From IMG/VR virus record IMGVR_UViG_3300008085_000063, positions 1 to 37,913 of that record: DNA of 37,913 bases; one strand, 5' to 3'. Below the pieces are notes generated by a model. It ran no database searches. It was not told the DNA's origin and saw only the letters and a list, made by a program, of their open reading frames with translations. This DNA is from a virus. Taxonomy: Duplodnaviria; Caudoviricetes. Below, piece by piece: positions 16,243 through 24,350 of this stretch; the first letter of the stretch is position 1, and the number at the start of each line of letters is the position of its first letter. The position numbers and the translations under genes are program-made.

Positions 16243-16373
16243 AATTCTACCCCCGATTTGTAAAAGTTCAGGGCAATATCGCCCAGTTGATAAAGGTACT
16301 GCTTAAAGGATACTCCTAATGCTTAAAATAAAATAGGGCTATCCTCAGTCATAATTTATTCTCCTATATTATA

Positions 16374-16412
16374 AAAAGAAGGGCACCCATAAGGGGTGCT
16401 CTTTTGGTTTTT
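16374..16412. terminator. Bidirectional intrinsic terminator ending the late operon
   Basis: AAAAAGAAGGGCACCC-ATAA-GGGGTGCTCTTTT. Confidence 0.8.
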
Positions 16413-16991
16413 CTAAGCCGTTCGTTTCCACATATAACAAGTGATGTATGGCATACGGTTTTCGTGGGCTTTATTCTTGCCCCACGTCCAGCTAGGGCTT
16501 TGCCTCGATGATGAGGCTGCGTATGTTGTGTGGTTGCCGTATCTGGCTATGGAAGTGCCACCGATTGTCGCACCAGTACCTCTTTGCGAGATTATGTCGG
16601 TGCCATTTTCTTGCCCATGGATACTGAAAGACATACTATGCACTGGCATTTGAGCGTTAGATATTGCTACTCTTTCAACGCCACCAGTAGCTTCAACGGT
16701 CGGATACTTGCCAACCCCGTTATTACCTATAGCTAACGGTACGCGTCCACCACCCCAAGCAACCCATGTACCGTAACCAAGAGAGGTACCTGGGTTTGTA
16801 GCACTTGTGCTAAAGTGCAAATCGCCAACAGCTATTCGCATTGCTGTTTTAGCTGCAGTAATTTGAGCATCAACATAAGCTTTAATACTCTGCTGAGAAG
16901 CCACTTTTGTGGCTGAGTCACTCACCATCGTGTCTTCATCTAGGATGAAGGAGTCTGATATTTCGTTTCTGTCGATCTTAGTTTCGCTCAT
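16413..16991 (-). CDS. Short tail fibre with a T4 gp10 C-terminal / collar-like domain
   Basis: VGDLHFS..NP...GTW....GRV, TGG, HENRMPYITCYMWKRTA. Confidence 0.8.
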   Translation of the reverse strand: MSETKIDRNEISDSFILDEDTMVSDSATKVASQQSIKAYVDAQITAAKTAMRIAVGDLHFSTSATNPGTSLGYGTWVAWGGGRVPLAIGNNGVGKYPTVEATGGVERVAISNAQMPVHSMSFSIHGQENGTDIISQRGTGATIGGTSIARYGNHTTYAASSSRQSPSWTWGKNKAHENRMPYITCYMWKRTA

Positions 16992-17003
16992 AATTTTCTC
17001 CTT

Positions 17004-18830
17004 TTACAACTTCATTATCTTAGCACTACTGCCTGCCTCTGCGCCTAATGCGAGGTATTTATCACCCTCTAGCCCACTTCTTAGTTTAATGGCAGTTTTC
17101 AATTTAATAGTTTCATTAATTGCCTCTGTAATCGTGCGGATAGCGGAATAAGTTTCGTAGCCTGCTTTGGAAATGGTGATGGTGAATGGGTTGTTGTCGA
17201 CTTCATATTGCACCCCTGGCCTGTTTCCTGATACCCAGCCATAACTATTTGTCTCGACAATTATTTCTCCGCTAAGACCACTGGCATCTGTGGCAACGAC
17301 TGAATATCGTTTTAAAGTCTGACGGTATTGTTGCTTGCAAGCTTCTGTTCCTAGTTGAGCTCTCGTGACCACAAAGTCAGGGTAAGTGCCTGATACAATC
17401 TGGCAAATCTCACCGCCTAGTTTTACATAATCGCCAATTGACCAAACATCAGTATCCACTCCCATCCCTGTGGCTGTTTCGCTATAATACATCGTTCCAC
17501 TAGTGAAATAACCTTGATGTTTCCAAGCTGCATCCACTCCACTTCCGTCTTTAATAGAAATATTCACTCCCTCAATTGGGTTGCCGTCCTCACTGATTAC
17601 TTTTAAATTGACAGTGTAATTGCGGAAAAGTTTTTCCCCCCTAGTTGTCGGGGTGTTATAATAATACATTTGATAAGTATCCGAGGTTGGGTCAACTAAA
17701 ACACTATCAAAATTAGAAGTTGCATTAAGGTTTGCGTCTCCAATATAGCCACATCCAACATTTACTAACCCTCGCAAAAAGGCATTCCACTCTGCTTGGA
17801 AAGCGAACAGAGAACCGCTCACTTGAAATTTATTTACATACGCCAATGAAGACAGTGTGTTTGAACCAAAATCTGGTCTAGAGTTTTGAAAATTTACATT
17901 ATTATAAATTGGTGGTGTCGGACTTTGAAAGATTGCTGCGTTGCAAATAGAATTATATGCCTTATATAATCCATAAGGAGCTCCGTCAGTTATTAGCGAC
18001 GAATATAACTCCCATTTTTCTCCGCCTGAACCTTGCCCAAAATGTTTCTCTAATAGTCTTAAAAAAGTCCAAGTACAACCATCTTTGCTCGAACGAGCTG
18101 TATCATCTACAAGCGTGCCAGATATAATTCCACCGCCTGACCCTTTTTTTGACCACATTGTTCCCTCAATCTGAATATTCTTTTTTGTGTCCGCAATAGT
18201 AGTAACCGAGGCATCATTTTCATAGCCTAAGAATATATGGCTAGCAAAATAATAAGCGTATGTGCCTAATTTTGTTACCACGCCCCAACCTGCCAATAAA
18301 TCTGCCTGATGAGCCAACTCGCAAAATTCATTGACTGTATTGCCAGGGTCGGAAATTGTAACGGCTAAACTCTTGCATTGTGCGACAGTAGTGGCGTTTG
18401 CTCCACCCTCGGTAATTCCCGTGACGGCAGTAATTCTACAACGGATAAACATTGCGGTTACTCCGTTTTTTGTTCCAAAAGTCCAATTAGTCGGAGGGGC
18501 GAATGTAACAGTTTGTACTCCGCTATTTTGGAAAGCATTAGTATTGTCTGTGCACGTCAACGTAGCCCAAGTACTTGACCCTGTTGAATACTCCCAGACA
18601 ACTGTAATAGTGGTAGCGACAAGTGGCGTTCCAATTGTAAAACTCAAATCGCCGTACTTAATACGGGGGGAATTAAACCCCACATAAAATGCGTCATTCA
18701 CAACAGCATTGTCAGCGAAATAATCAAAGACTAAGGTATTGGCATAATTAGCAGAAAAAACAGTACCGCCAGCCGTAGTCCGGTACACATTCTGAAATCG
18801 TATTAAATCATTATAGGTTATTACTGCCAT
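17004..18830 (-). CDS. Large beta-rich tailspike / receptor-binding-like protein
   Basis: 608 aa, Thr/Asn/aromatic-rich, C-terminal Ig-like segments (ITISKAGYETY); lies in the fibre cluster. Confidence 0.65.
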   Translation of the reverse strand: MAVITYNDLIRFQNVYRTTAGGTVFSANYANTLVFDYFADNAVVNDAFYVGFNSPRIKYGDLSFTIGTPLVATTITVVWEYSTGSSTWATLTCTDNTNAFQNSGVQTVTFAPPTNWTFGTKNGVTAMFIRCRITAVTGITEGGANATTVAQCKSLAVTISDPGNTVNEFCELAHQADLLAGWGVVTKLGTYAYYFASHIFLGYENDASVTTIADTKKNIQIEGTMWSKKGSGGGIISGTLVDDTARSSKDGCTWTFLRLLEKHFGQGSGGEKWELYSSLITDGAPYGLYKAYNSICNAAIFQSPTPPIYNNVNFQNSRPDFGSNTLSSLAYVNKFQVSGSLFAFQAEWNAFLRGLVNVGCGYIGDANLNATSNFDSVLVDPTSDTYQMYYYNTPTTRGEKLFRNYTVNLKVISEDGNPIEGVNISIKDGSGVDAAWKHQGYFTSGTMYYSETATGMGVDTDVWSIGDYVKLGGEICQIVSGTYPDFVVTRAQLGTEACKQQYRQTLKRYSVVATDASGLSGEIIVETNSYGWVSGNRPGVQYEVDNNPFTITISKAGYETYSAIRTITEAINETIKLKTAIKLRSGLEGDKYLALGAEAGSSAKIMKL

Positions 18831-18967
18831 TAGATTAACTCTTTAAGGATATTTTCTAAAGTTTCTTTTTTTAGGTTCAATTCAGTTAGCAATTGTGTTT
18901 TTAAGTCGTTCGGGTCGGGAGTGTTTTCTAAAGCGTAGACATCATCAGTTAATTTAATGTAAGTCAT
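18830..18967 (-). CDS. 45-aa coiled-coil protein, not in the ORF track
   Basis: MTYIKLTDDVYALENTPDPNDLKTQLL...; overlaps at both ends. Confidence 0.65.
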   Translation of the reverse strand: MTYIKLTDDVYALENTPDPNDLKTQLLTELNLKKETLENILKELI

Positions 18968-19089
18968 TTGATTGCCTTAATTTTAATCTTTTCATCGTCG
19001 ATGGCTTTTTCTTGTTTGACATCTAGAAGTTTGTGCTTCTTGAGCAACTGTTGGGCTTTTTCTAGGTCATATAGTTTTTGGTAATCCAT
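18964..19089 (-). CDS. 41-aa charged protein, not in the ORF track
   Basis: MDYQKLYDLEKAQQLLKKHKLL...; TAATG and ATGA coupling. Confidence 0.65.
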   Translation of the reverse strand: MDYQKLYDLEKAQQLLKKHKLLDVKQEKAIDDEKIKIKAIK

Positions 19090-19757
19090 TATAAGTTACT
19101 CATATTAAAAATATAATCGTAGGTTAATGTTGCCCGATTTGTCCAGGCCAAGGCATAAGTTGTTCTGGTGGCGTTATTACCTATGTTAGCTGCACGTTTA
19201 GTCAAACCAGATGTTTCATCAATTTCATAGATGAGGTATGTGCCGTCTAGTTTAGCGTGCCCTAGATAAGTAATAGGGGCTACTTCCTCAACGTCAATGA
19301 TTTGATATTGTTTAAGAGACGCTTGCAGGGTGGCTTCGGTGGCTAGACCTGTTTCGGGGTCAGCTGTTGGATTGGCGACTGTCACCGTTCCACTTACTGG
19401 TTGAGTGGCAGGGAAATTAGAAACTGATACTTGATGATTATCGGGTAGTTGTTTAGCTGAGGTAGCGAGGGCTGAAACATCGGTAGGGTTGGTAATTGTG
19501 ACACCGTGACCGTCGGCTAATTGTTTAGCAGCAGTAGCAAAGCCAGAAATTGCGGCAGGTGGGGTCAGTGTAACTACTTGGGCAGCAGAAAGTGGGTATT
19601 CGGTCGGTAGGTTGTTGACTGCTACTGCGTGCCCATCGGGCAATTGGTTAGCGGCAGTCGCTAGGGCAGAGGTATCGACTGTTGGGATACTCTCAACGGC
19701 TGTCTTGACTTCTTGAACTGATGCGTCTAGGGCTAAAGCGCCGAATAAATTTATCAT
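19089..19757 (-). CDS. Fibre-like virion protein with three internal ATxAxQLxDxHxV repeats
   Basis: Repeats visible in the translation; C-terminal WTNRATLTY motif. Confidence 0.7.
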   Translation of the reverse strand: MINLFGALALDASVQEVKTAVESIPTVDTSALATAANQLPDGHAVAVNNLPTEYPLSAAQVVTLTPPAAISGFATAAKQLADGHGVTITNPTDVSALATSAKQLPDNHQVSVSNFPATQPVSGTVTVANPTADPETGLATEATLQASLKQYQIIDVEEVAPITYLGHAKLDGTYLIYEIDETSGLTKRAANIGNNATRTTYALAWTNRATLTYDYIFNMSNL

Positions 19758-20512
19758 ACATTATCACTTTCTGTTAATAACCACATTGTTACTATATTAC
19801 CATCTATATCGGTTTGAACCCATAGCGACGGCTGGGTAACTGTCGGCTGGGTGACTTGGATGAATACGTTATCGTTACCTGGATCACCTTGTGGCCCTGG
19901 TACAATTGAGTCAGCCCCGGTATCACCTTTGGCCTTAGCATTAACGTCATAATCGACTAATAATCGTGTCCCTGTAACAGGTGCCGTAACCATCGTGAAA
20001 CCACCAGAAACCTCGGTGTAATCTTGGCCGCCGCCCATTAAACGAATACCATTCTTAAATACTTTGAGCGCTCCAGTAGTATAGACTTCGGCTGTAGTGA
20101 AGTTAACGTTAGACCCATTGATAGCTCCGCCTGGTACCTCATTCGGTACACCAACGAATATATCGGTACCGAAAGCTTCAATAGCTGCGGCTAGTAGATC
20201 AGCCCATAGTGTAGTCGGTTTGATGACAATAATATCACCTTCTTTATTGCCGCTGTCAGTGTATCCAGGTGCTAGCTCGTCAATCGTGATTACTGAACCG
20301 GCAAGATGACCTTTGAACACAACGTATTCACCATCAATAAATCTATCCGTGGTTGGGTCAACAGTGCCGGCCATCGCAATAAAGTAGGTATTCCAGTTTG
20401 TTGGGGTAGTATTATTAAACGCCATATCACCGACTCCACGAGGCTCAACAACAATACAGCGAACACTCTCGCCGTTACCGTCAGATGCGTGCAGATAATC
20501 GGTTAGAGGCAT
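19754..20512 (-). CDS. Tail fibre A: anchor domain, Ig-like domain and short collagen-like segment
   Basis: N-terminus paralogous to 22369-23103; GPQGDPG. Confidence 0.7.
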   Translation of the reverse strand: MPLTDYLHASDGNGESVRCIVVEPRGVGDMAFNNTTPTNWNTYFIAMAGTVDPTTDRFIDGEYVVFKGHLAGSVITIDELAPGYTDSGNKEGDIIVIKPTTLWADLLAAAIEAFGTDIFVGVPNEVPGGAINGSNVNFTTAEVYTTGALKVFKNGIRLMGGGQDYTEVSGGFTMVTAPVTGTRLLVDYDVNAKAKGDTGADSIVPGPQGDPGNDNVFIQVTQPTVTQPSLWVQTDIDGNIVTMWLLTESDNV

Positions 20513-21247
20513 CTATAATACTCCTACGATCTTAAGTAGAGCCGCGCTAGTGTTTGGGGCTGGTAATGTAGTGAACGTATAATCGCCAGTCGTCGTAGTT
20601 TTAGTTCCATTGTTAGTTATCACAAATCGGTAGTGGTAGGTTGACCCTGGCGTCAGCCCAGTTAGGGCCCAAGTATAAGGGCTTGAGCTATCTGTCGAGT
20701 TGGTGCCATAGCCAGTTGTTAGTCCGTATTGGAGCTGGATGCTCGCTATGCCAGATGAGTTAGTACCAGTCGCCGCCGTTGCTGTAATGGTAGCCGATGT
20801 GACTGCGACGTTTGATGATGACTGAGTTGATAAACTAGGGCTACCCAGTGTTGGTATAGTAAGCGTATGGTTGGCAAAGGTTTCTGGGTCGCCAGAGAAC
20901 CATGACCCAATTCGGGCTGATACGGTAGTGGCTGCTGCTGCTACTGCGATATTAAAACCTACTGCGGCTATCTGTTCAGTCTGGTCTACAGTCCTAGTGC
21001 CGCTGCCAGTGTCCGACCTCCTTAGCGTGGCCGAGTCAACGTATAATTTCCAAGCCCAACCAGGGGTATATGTAAAAGATGTCCAAGTCCCGTTTTCCCT
21101 AACATATTTAACTCGAGCATAAGTATTGCTGAAAGTCACAACGTTGTCACTTCGAGTAACTTCGTAATTGATTTCACCGTGGATACGGCATAAACCAAGA
21201 CCAGATTCGTACCAAGCCCCAGTGCTAACATATCCAGTTACTGACAT
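20513..21247 (-). CDS. Virion protein with a C-terminal fibronectin type III domain
   Basis: QYGLTTGYG, LTGLTPGSTYHYR, DYTFTT. Confidence 0.8.
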   Translation of the reverse strand: MSVTGYVSTGAWYESGLGLCRIHGEINYEVTRSDNVVTFSNTYARVKYVRENGTWTSFTYTPGWAWKLYVDSATLRRSDTGSGTRTVDQTEQIAAVGFNIAVAAAATTVSARIGSWFSGDPETFANHTLTIPTLGSPSLSTQSSSNVAVTSATITATAATGTNSSGIASIQLQYGLTTGYGTNSTDSSSPYTWALTGLTPGSTYHYRFVITNNGTKTTTTGDYTFTTLPAPNTSAALLKIVGVL

Positions 21248-21993
21248 TATTTTTTACCTAACAAGGATTTCAAAGCTATAACAAATTGTGCTATGAACTG
21301 TTTGATTATATCGCCCCAATTTATTTTAGCTGTCTTATCTGTAACATCACATTTTGCGACATTAACATTTTCGTCAGTAGATGGGTTTGAGTTTGAGGTC
21401 GTCACAACTGGCTTAATAACAGGTGTCTCCGGTACCACTGGCACGACTGGGGGTGTAACGACTGGGGGTGTAACGACTGGAGGTGTAACGACTGGAGGCT
21501 TAGGTTTGTCAGTCACAGTACCCCACATATCATGGGAAACCTTATTTTTGGCAATAGCATCAATTCTAGCCAAGTCCCAATTGCCAGGGCATCTAGTTGC
21601 TACAAAATCACTATGGCGCTTTAATGGTAGGTTCCCATAAGCGGAACGTATATCAGCAACTAATTCTGCTACAACATCATAATCTTCGTCGCGGCATCGT
21701 GGGTCACATTCAATCCCAATAGAGTGCGGGTTAGGATTTGTGGCAGGGTTAGATGTACCAGCGTGCCAGGCAGTATCCTCGGGGTTGACTAGGCAAGCTA
21801 CCCGTCGGCCTGTGCCAGTTGCGACATAGTGAGCCGATGCCCCACGGGTCGGGTTAATAAGGGTGGCAATTGTGCCTTCGTAAGTAGGCCCCTTAGCAGG
21901 GTCATCCCACCAGTGAATAATAATTTCATCAAGTGATTGTCGTCCTGGGGTGAAATTTGGCGAGTCGTACTGTGTTTCGTATTTGTAACCCAT
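21247..21993 (-). CDS. Endolysin, N-acetylmuramoyl-L-alanine amidase (Amidase_2), with a Pro/Val/Thr linker
   Basis: IIIH, ASAHY, AWHAG, SIGIE, RHSD, TRCPG. Confidence 0.92.
   Translation of the reverse strand: MGYKYETQYDSPNFTPGRQSLDEIIIHWWDDPAKGPTYEGTIATLINPTRGASAHYVATGTGRRVACLVNPEDTAWHAGTSNPATNPNPHSIGIECDPRCRDEDYDVVAELVADIRSAYGNLPLKRHSDFVATRCPGNWDLARIDAIAKNKVSHDMWGTVTDKPKPPVVTPPVVTPPVVTPPVVPVVPETPVIKPVVTTSNSNPSTDENVNVAKCDVTDKTAKINWGDIIKQFIAQFVIALKSLLGKK
21443..21498. repeat. 15-bp tandem repeat (~3.7 copies) encoding PPVVT
   Basis: ACGACTGGRGGTGTA repeated. Confidence 0.92.
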
Positions 21994-21995
21994 GA

Positions 21996-22358
21996 TTACT
22001 CCTTAAACTTAAACAATATTTGAATAACTACCCAGATAATCCCTAATGAGCCGCTGACTATTAACAGAATACCGCTTATAATACCTATGGCTTTTGCAAT
22101 TCGTCGAGCTATTTCGGCATCGCCAACTTGCTTAGTAGCAATACCTTGCAAAACTGGTATGAGCGGCTCCATTAACTCTCTAAATACTTGGTTCTTAGCT
22201 TCTAAGTCTTTATTGTCTGAAACGTGATGGTCGAGTGCCTTTTTAATGTCATTTATTTGAATAAAATCTTGGTTGTGAATAATGTCCCGTTGGTCGGTAT
22301 CATCAGAATGTATGTTTTCTCTCTGTTGTTTGGCTCCGGTGAGTTGTTTATCTTGCAT
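21996..22358 (-). CDS. Membrane protein with a C-terminal TM segment (lysis-associated)
   Basis: Hydrophobic C-terminus; directly upstream of the endolysin. Confidence 0.65.
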   Translation of the reverse strand: MQDKQLTGAKQQRENIHSDDTDQRDIIHNQDFIQINDIKKALDHHVSDNKDLEAKNQVFRELMEPLIPVLQGIATKQVGDAEIARRIAKAIGIISGILLIVSGSLGIIWVVIQILFKFKE

Positions 22359-22368
22359 ATAATACCCC

Positions 22369-23103
22369 TTATAGCACTGCTACCCATTTAGAAACAGTCG
22401 CGTTCCAGATAAATGTGATAAAATGCGTCTTGCCAGCGACCGTGGTAGTCGGGAGCGCTAACCCGTAAATACTATCAACAGCGTAGTTACTACCCCAAGT
22501 AATAGCCCTAGTTGTGCCGTTATCTTGTAGTTCGATAAGTAGACCATCACCATTGTTTGGTGTGCCGGTTGGGTTAGCTATGGTAATAGCTGCTGCTTGA
22601 GCAGTACGGCGGTAATAGTTGTAAGTGTCGATGTTAGGGCTGATGTTACCCCTGGAAGCATTTGAAATGCGTGGAGCGGTCCGTATAGTTTCACCTTGCA
22701 ATGAAGCTAGAACCTCTGTCTTAGCAGCAGCATTCAATGTGCCATCGTCATCGTGAGATACAGCGAAAAGAGCTGCTATTTCATCAGCCCAGGCGGTTGT
22801 TGGTTTGATAACCACGATATCACCCACCTCATTGCCCTGGTCAGTATAACCAGGAGCGAAACTGTCGATCTCAATACTGGAACCAGATATGTGACCAAAA
22901 AATACTTGGGGGCGGATAGTCAATTTACTGTCAGCGTCCAGCGCACCGGTTGTACTTATAACGGACGAGTTAAACCCAACGATTGAGTTCACCTGGATAG
23001 TGGTAGAGGAAATGGCACGTTGTGCCGTAACGACAGCACGGACTGTCTCATTAGTTCCGTCAGAGCCTTTGATGTTCTCGATTGATGGTGCTATCAGAGT
23101 CAT
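22369..23103 (-). CDS. Tail fibre B: anchor domain plus a C-terminal beta-sandwich
   Basis: ITIANPTGTP..G..L.IELQDNGTTRAITW motif; paralogous N-terminus. Confidence 0.72.
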   Translation of the reverse strand: MTLIAPSIENIKGSDGTNETVRAVVTAQRAISSTTIQVNSIVGFNSSVISTTGALDADSKLTIRPQVFFGHISGSSIEIDSFAPGYTDQGNEVGDIVVIKPTTAWADEIAALFAVSHDDDGTLNAAAKTEVLASLQGETIRTAPRISNASRGNISPNIDTYNYYRRTAQAAAITIANPTGTPNNGDGLLIELQDNGTTRAITWGSNYAVDSIYGLALPTTTVAGKTHFITFIWNATVSKWVAVL

Positions 23104-23107
23104 ATTA

Positions 23108-23302
23108 TTAAATATCCTCTGGCTTTTTAACGATTTGTTGGAGAGTTACGAGTAAAATATTGGCTACTGGTGTCCATAAACCGAATACTTCTGGCTGATT
23201 GGTGATGATAGCAATAAGCCCACCGATAATGGTTGACGCCGCTATCCAACCAGCTACTTTTACTATGTGCATGAATTGTTCTTTTGTTAGTCCAAACTGC
23301 AT
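23108..23302 (-). CDS. Small two-TM holin-like protein
   Basis: GGGAG SD before ATG 23302; two hydrophobic stretches; TGtTATAAT just upstream (23331-23339). Confidence 0.65.
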   Translation of the reverse strand: MQFGLTKEQFMHIVKVAGWIAASTIIGGLIAIITNQPEVFGLWTPVANILLVTLQQIVKKPEDI

Positions 23303-23348
23303 GATTGCTCCCTCTATTACATATACACACATTATAACATAATCGGAA

Positions 23349-23380
23349 TAAAAATGACCCCACGAAATGTGAGGTCATTC
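23349..23380 (-). terminator. Intrinsic terminator after the major capsid gene
   Basis: AATGACC/GGTCATT stem followed by a U tract on the minus strand. Confidence 0.75.
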
Positions 23381-23396
23381 TTAGTTCTACCCTAGA

Positions 23397-24254
23397 CTAG
23401 CTAGAGTAACCGTCTGTGATGGTAGCAAGGTTGGCAACCTTGTTAGGCAAAACGAACGTAAGTGTGCGTAGGCGGATGCGAACTTCTTTACCGTCGAAGC
23501 CTTCAACTTTGTTCAAGACTTGAACTTCACCGGTAGCAACTTTTGGACGGATGTTAACGATTGCGCGTTTATCAGCGACAATAACTTTAACATTACCGTT
23601 GAAGTATTCGTTAGGAGTTTCGATACAGATAACACCTTTGTGTTTACCTAGGTAGCCAGCTTCGGCATCTTTGTAACCAGCATCGGAACCTGTGAAGTTG
23701 ATTTGGTTAGCAAGGTTAGCAGCGAAGTCGTAGTTCATCCAAGCAATCATTGAGTTGGTGTTTGTAGAACCAGCTACACGAGCCATGTTGACAGCATAAC
23801 CGAATTTCAAGCTTAGTTTAGTCTCATCTTCAAGAACTGGTCCAACAGTAACAGTATTTGCAACAGGGACAGCGGCTACGATTTTATTCAAAGCGTATTC
23901 GTCAAAGTCAGGGATAAAGACTTCACTAACCTGTTGAGCAGCCCAGTCATTAGCTAGGTCGCTAATCGGCACGTCTTGCAACTGAGTTCGTTGGAAGCGA
24001 GTTGCAACAGCTTTATTGTAGTCGATAGTGAATGTGGTATCGGTTGGGGCTGATAATGTGATTGATCCGTAACTATCAGCAGCAGCGCTTTCGTTGTAAG
24101 TAACCAACGATTTGCTTGCGATTGCCATGATGTAAATTTCGTTTGCACCTTCAAATGCAGAACCGTAACCGTTATCACCCAAGTATTGAGTAACAACAGA
24201 TAGTTTCTTCAAAGGCATATCTAGCTTGTCAGCTACTTTTCTTCCGTATGACAT
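23397..24254 (-). CDS. Major capsid protein (HK97 fold, ~285 aa)
   Basis: Strong GGAGAAT SD at ATG 24254, biased codon use, flanking promoter and terminator, FIPDFDEYAL spine-helix-like motif. Confidence 0.78.
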   Translation of the reverse strand: MSYGRKVADKLDMPLKKLSVVTQYLGDNGYGSAFEGANEIYIMAIASKSLVTYNESAAADSYGSITLSAPTDTTFTIDYNKAVATRFQRTQLQDVPISDLANDWAAQQVSEVFIPDFDEYALNKIVAAVPVANTVTVGPVLEDETKLSLKFGYAVNMARVAGSTNTNSMIAWMNYDFAANLANQINFTGSDAGYKDAEAGYLGKHKGVICIETPNEYFNGNVKVIVADKRAIVNIRPKVATGEVQVLNKVEGFDGKEVRIRLRTLTFVLPNKVANLATITDGYSS

Positions 24255-24312
24255 AATTTTTATTCTCCAAAGTTTTGTTAAATTTGTATCCAAGCGTTAG
24301 CTTGATGGTGGT

Positions 24313-24342
24313 AGCATATCATATATGTCAACACAATAGCAA
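24313..24342 (-). promoter_or_regulatory. Promoter of the capsid gene
   Basis: TTGCTA-18-TATGCT with TG extension. Confidence 0.5.
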
Positions 24343-24350
24343 TATTATTG

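Noticed and set aside
16413-23103. Diversity-generating retroelement or invertible fibre cassette
   Set aside because: No reverse transcriptase or recombinase; the fibre paralogues are diverged at their N-termini rather than near-identical repeats.
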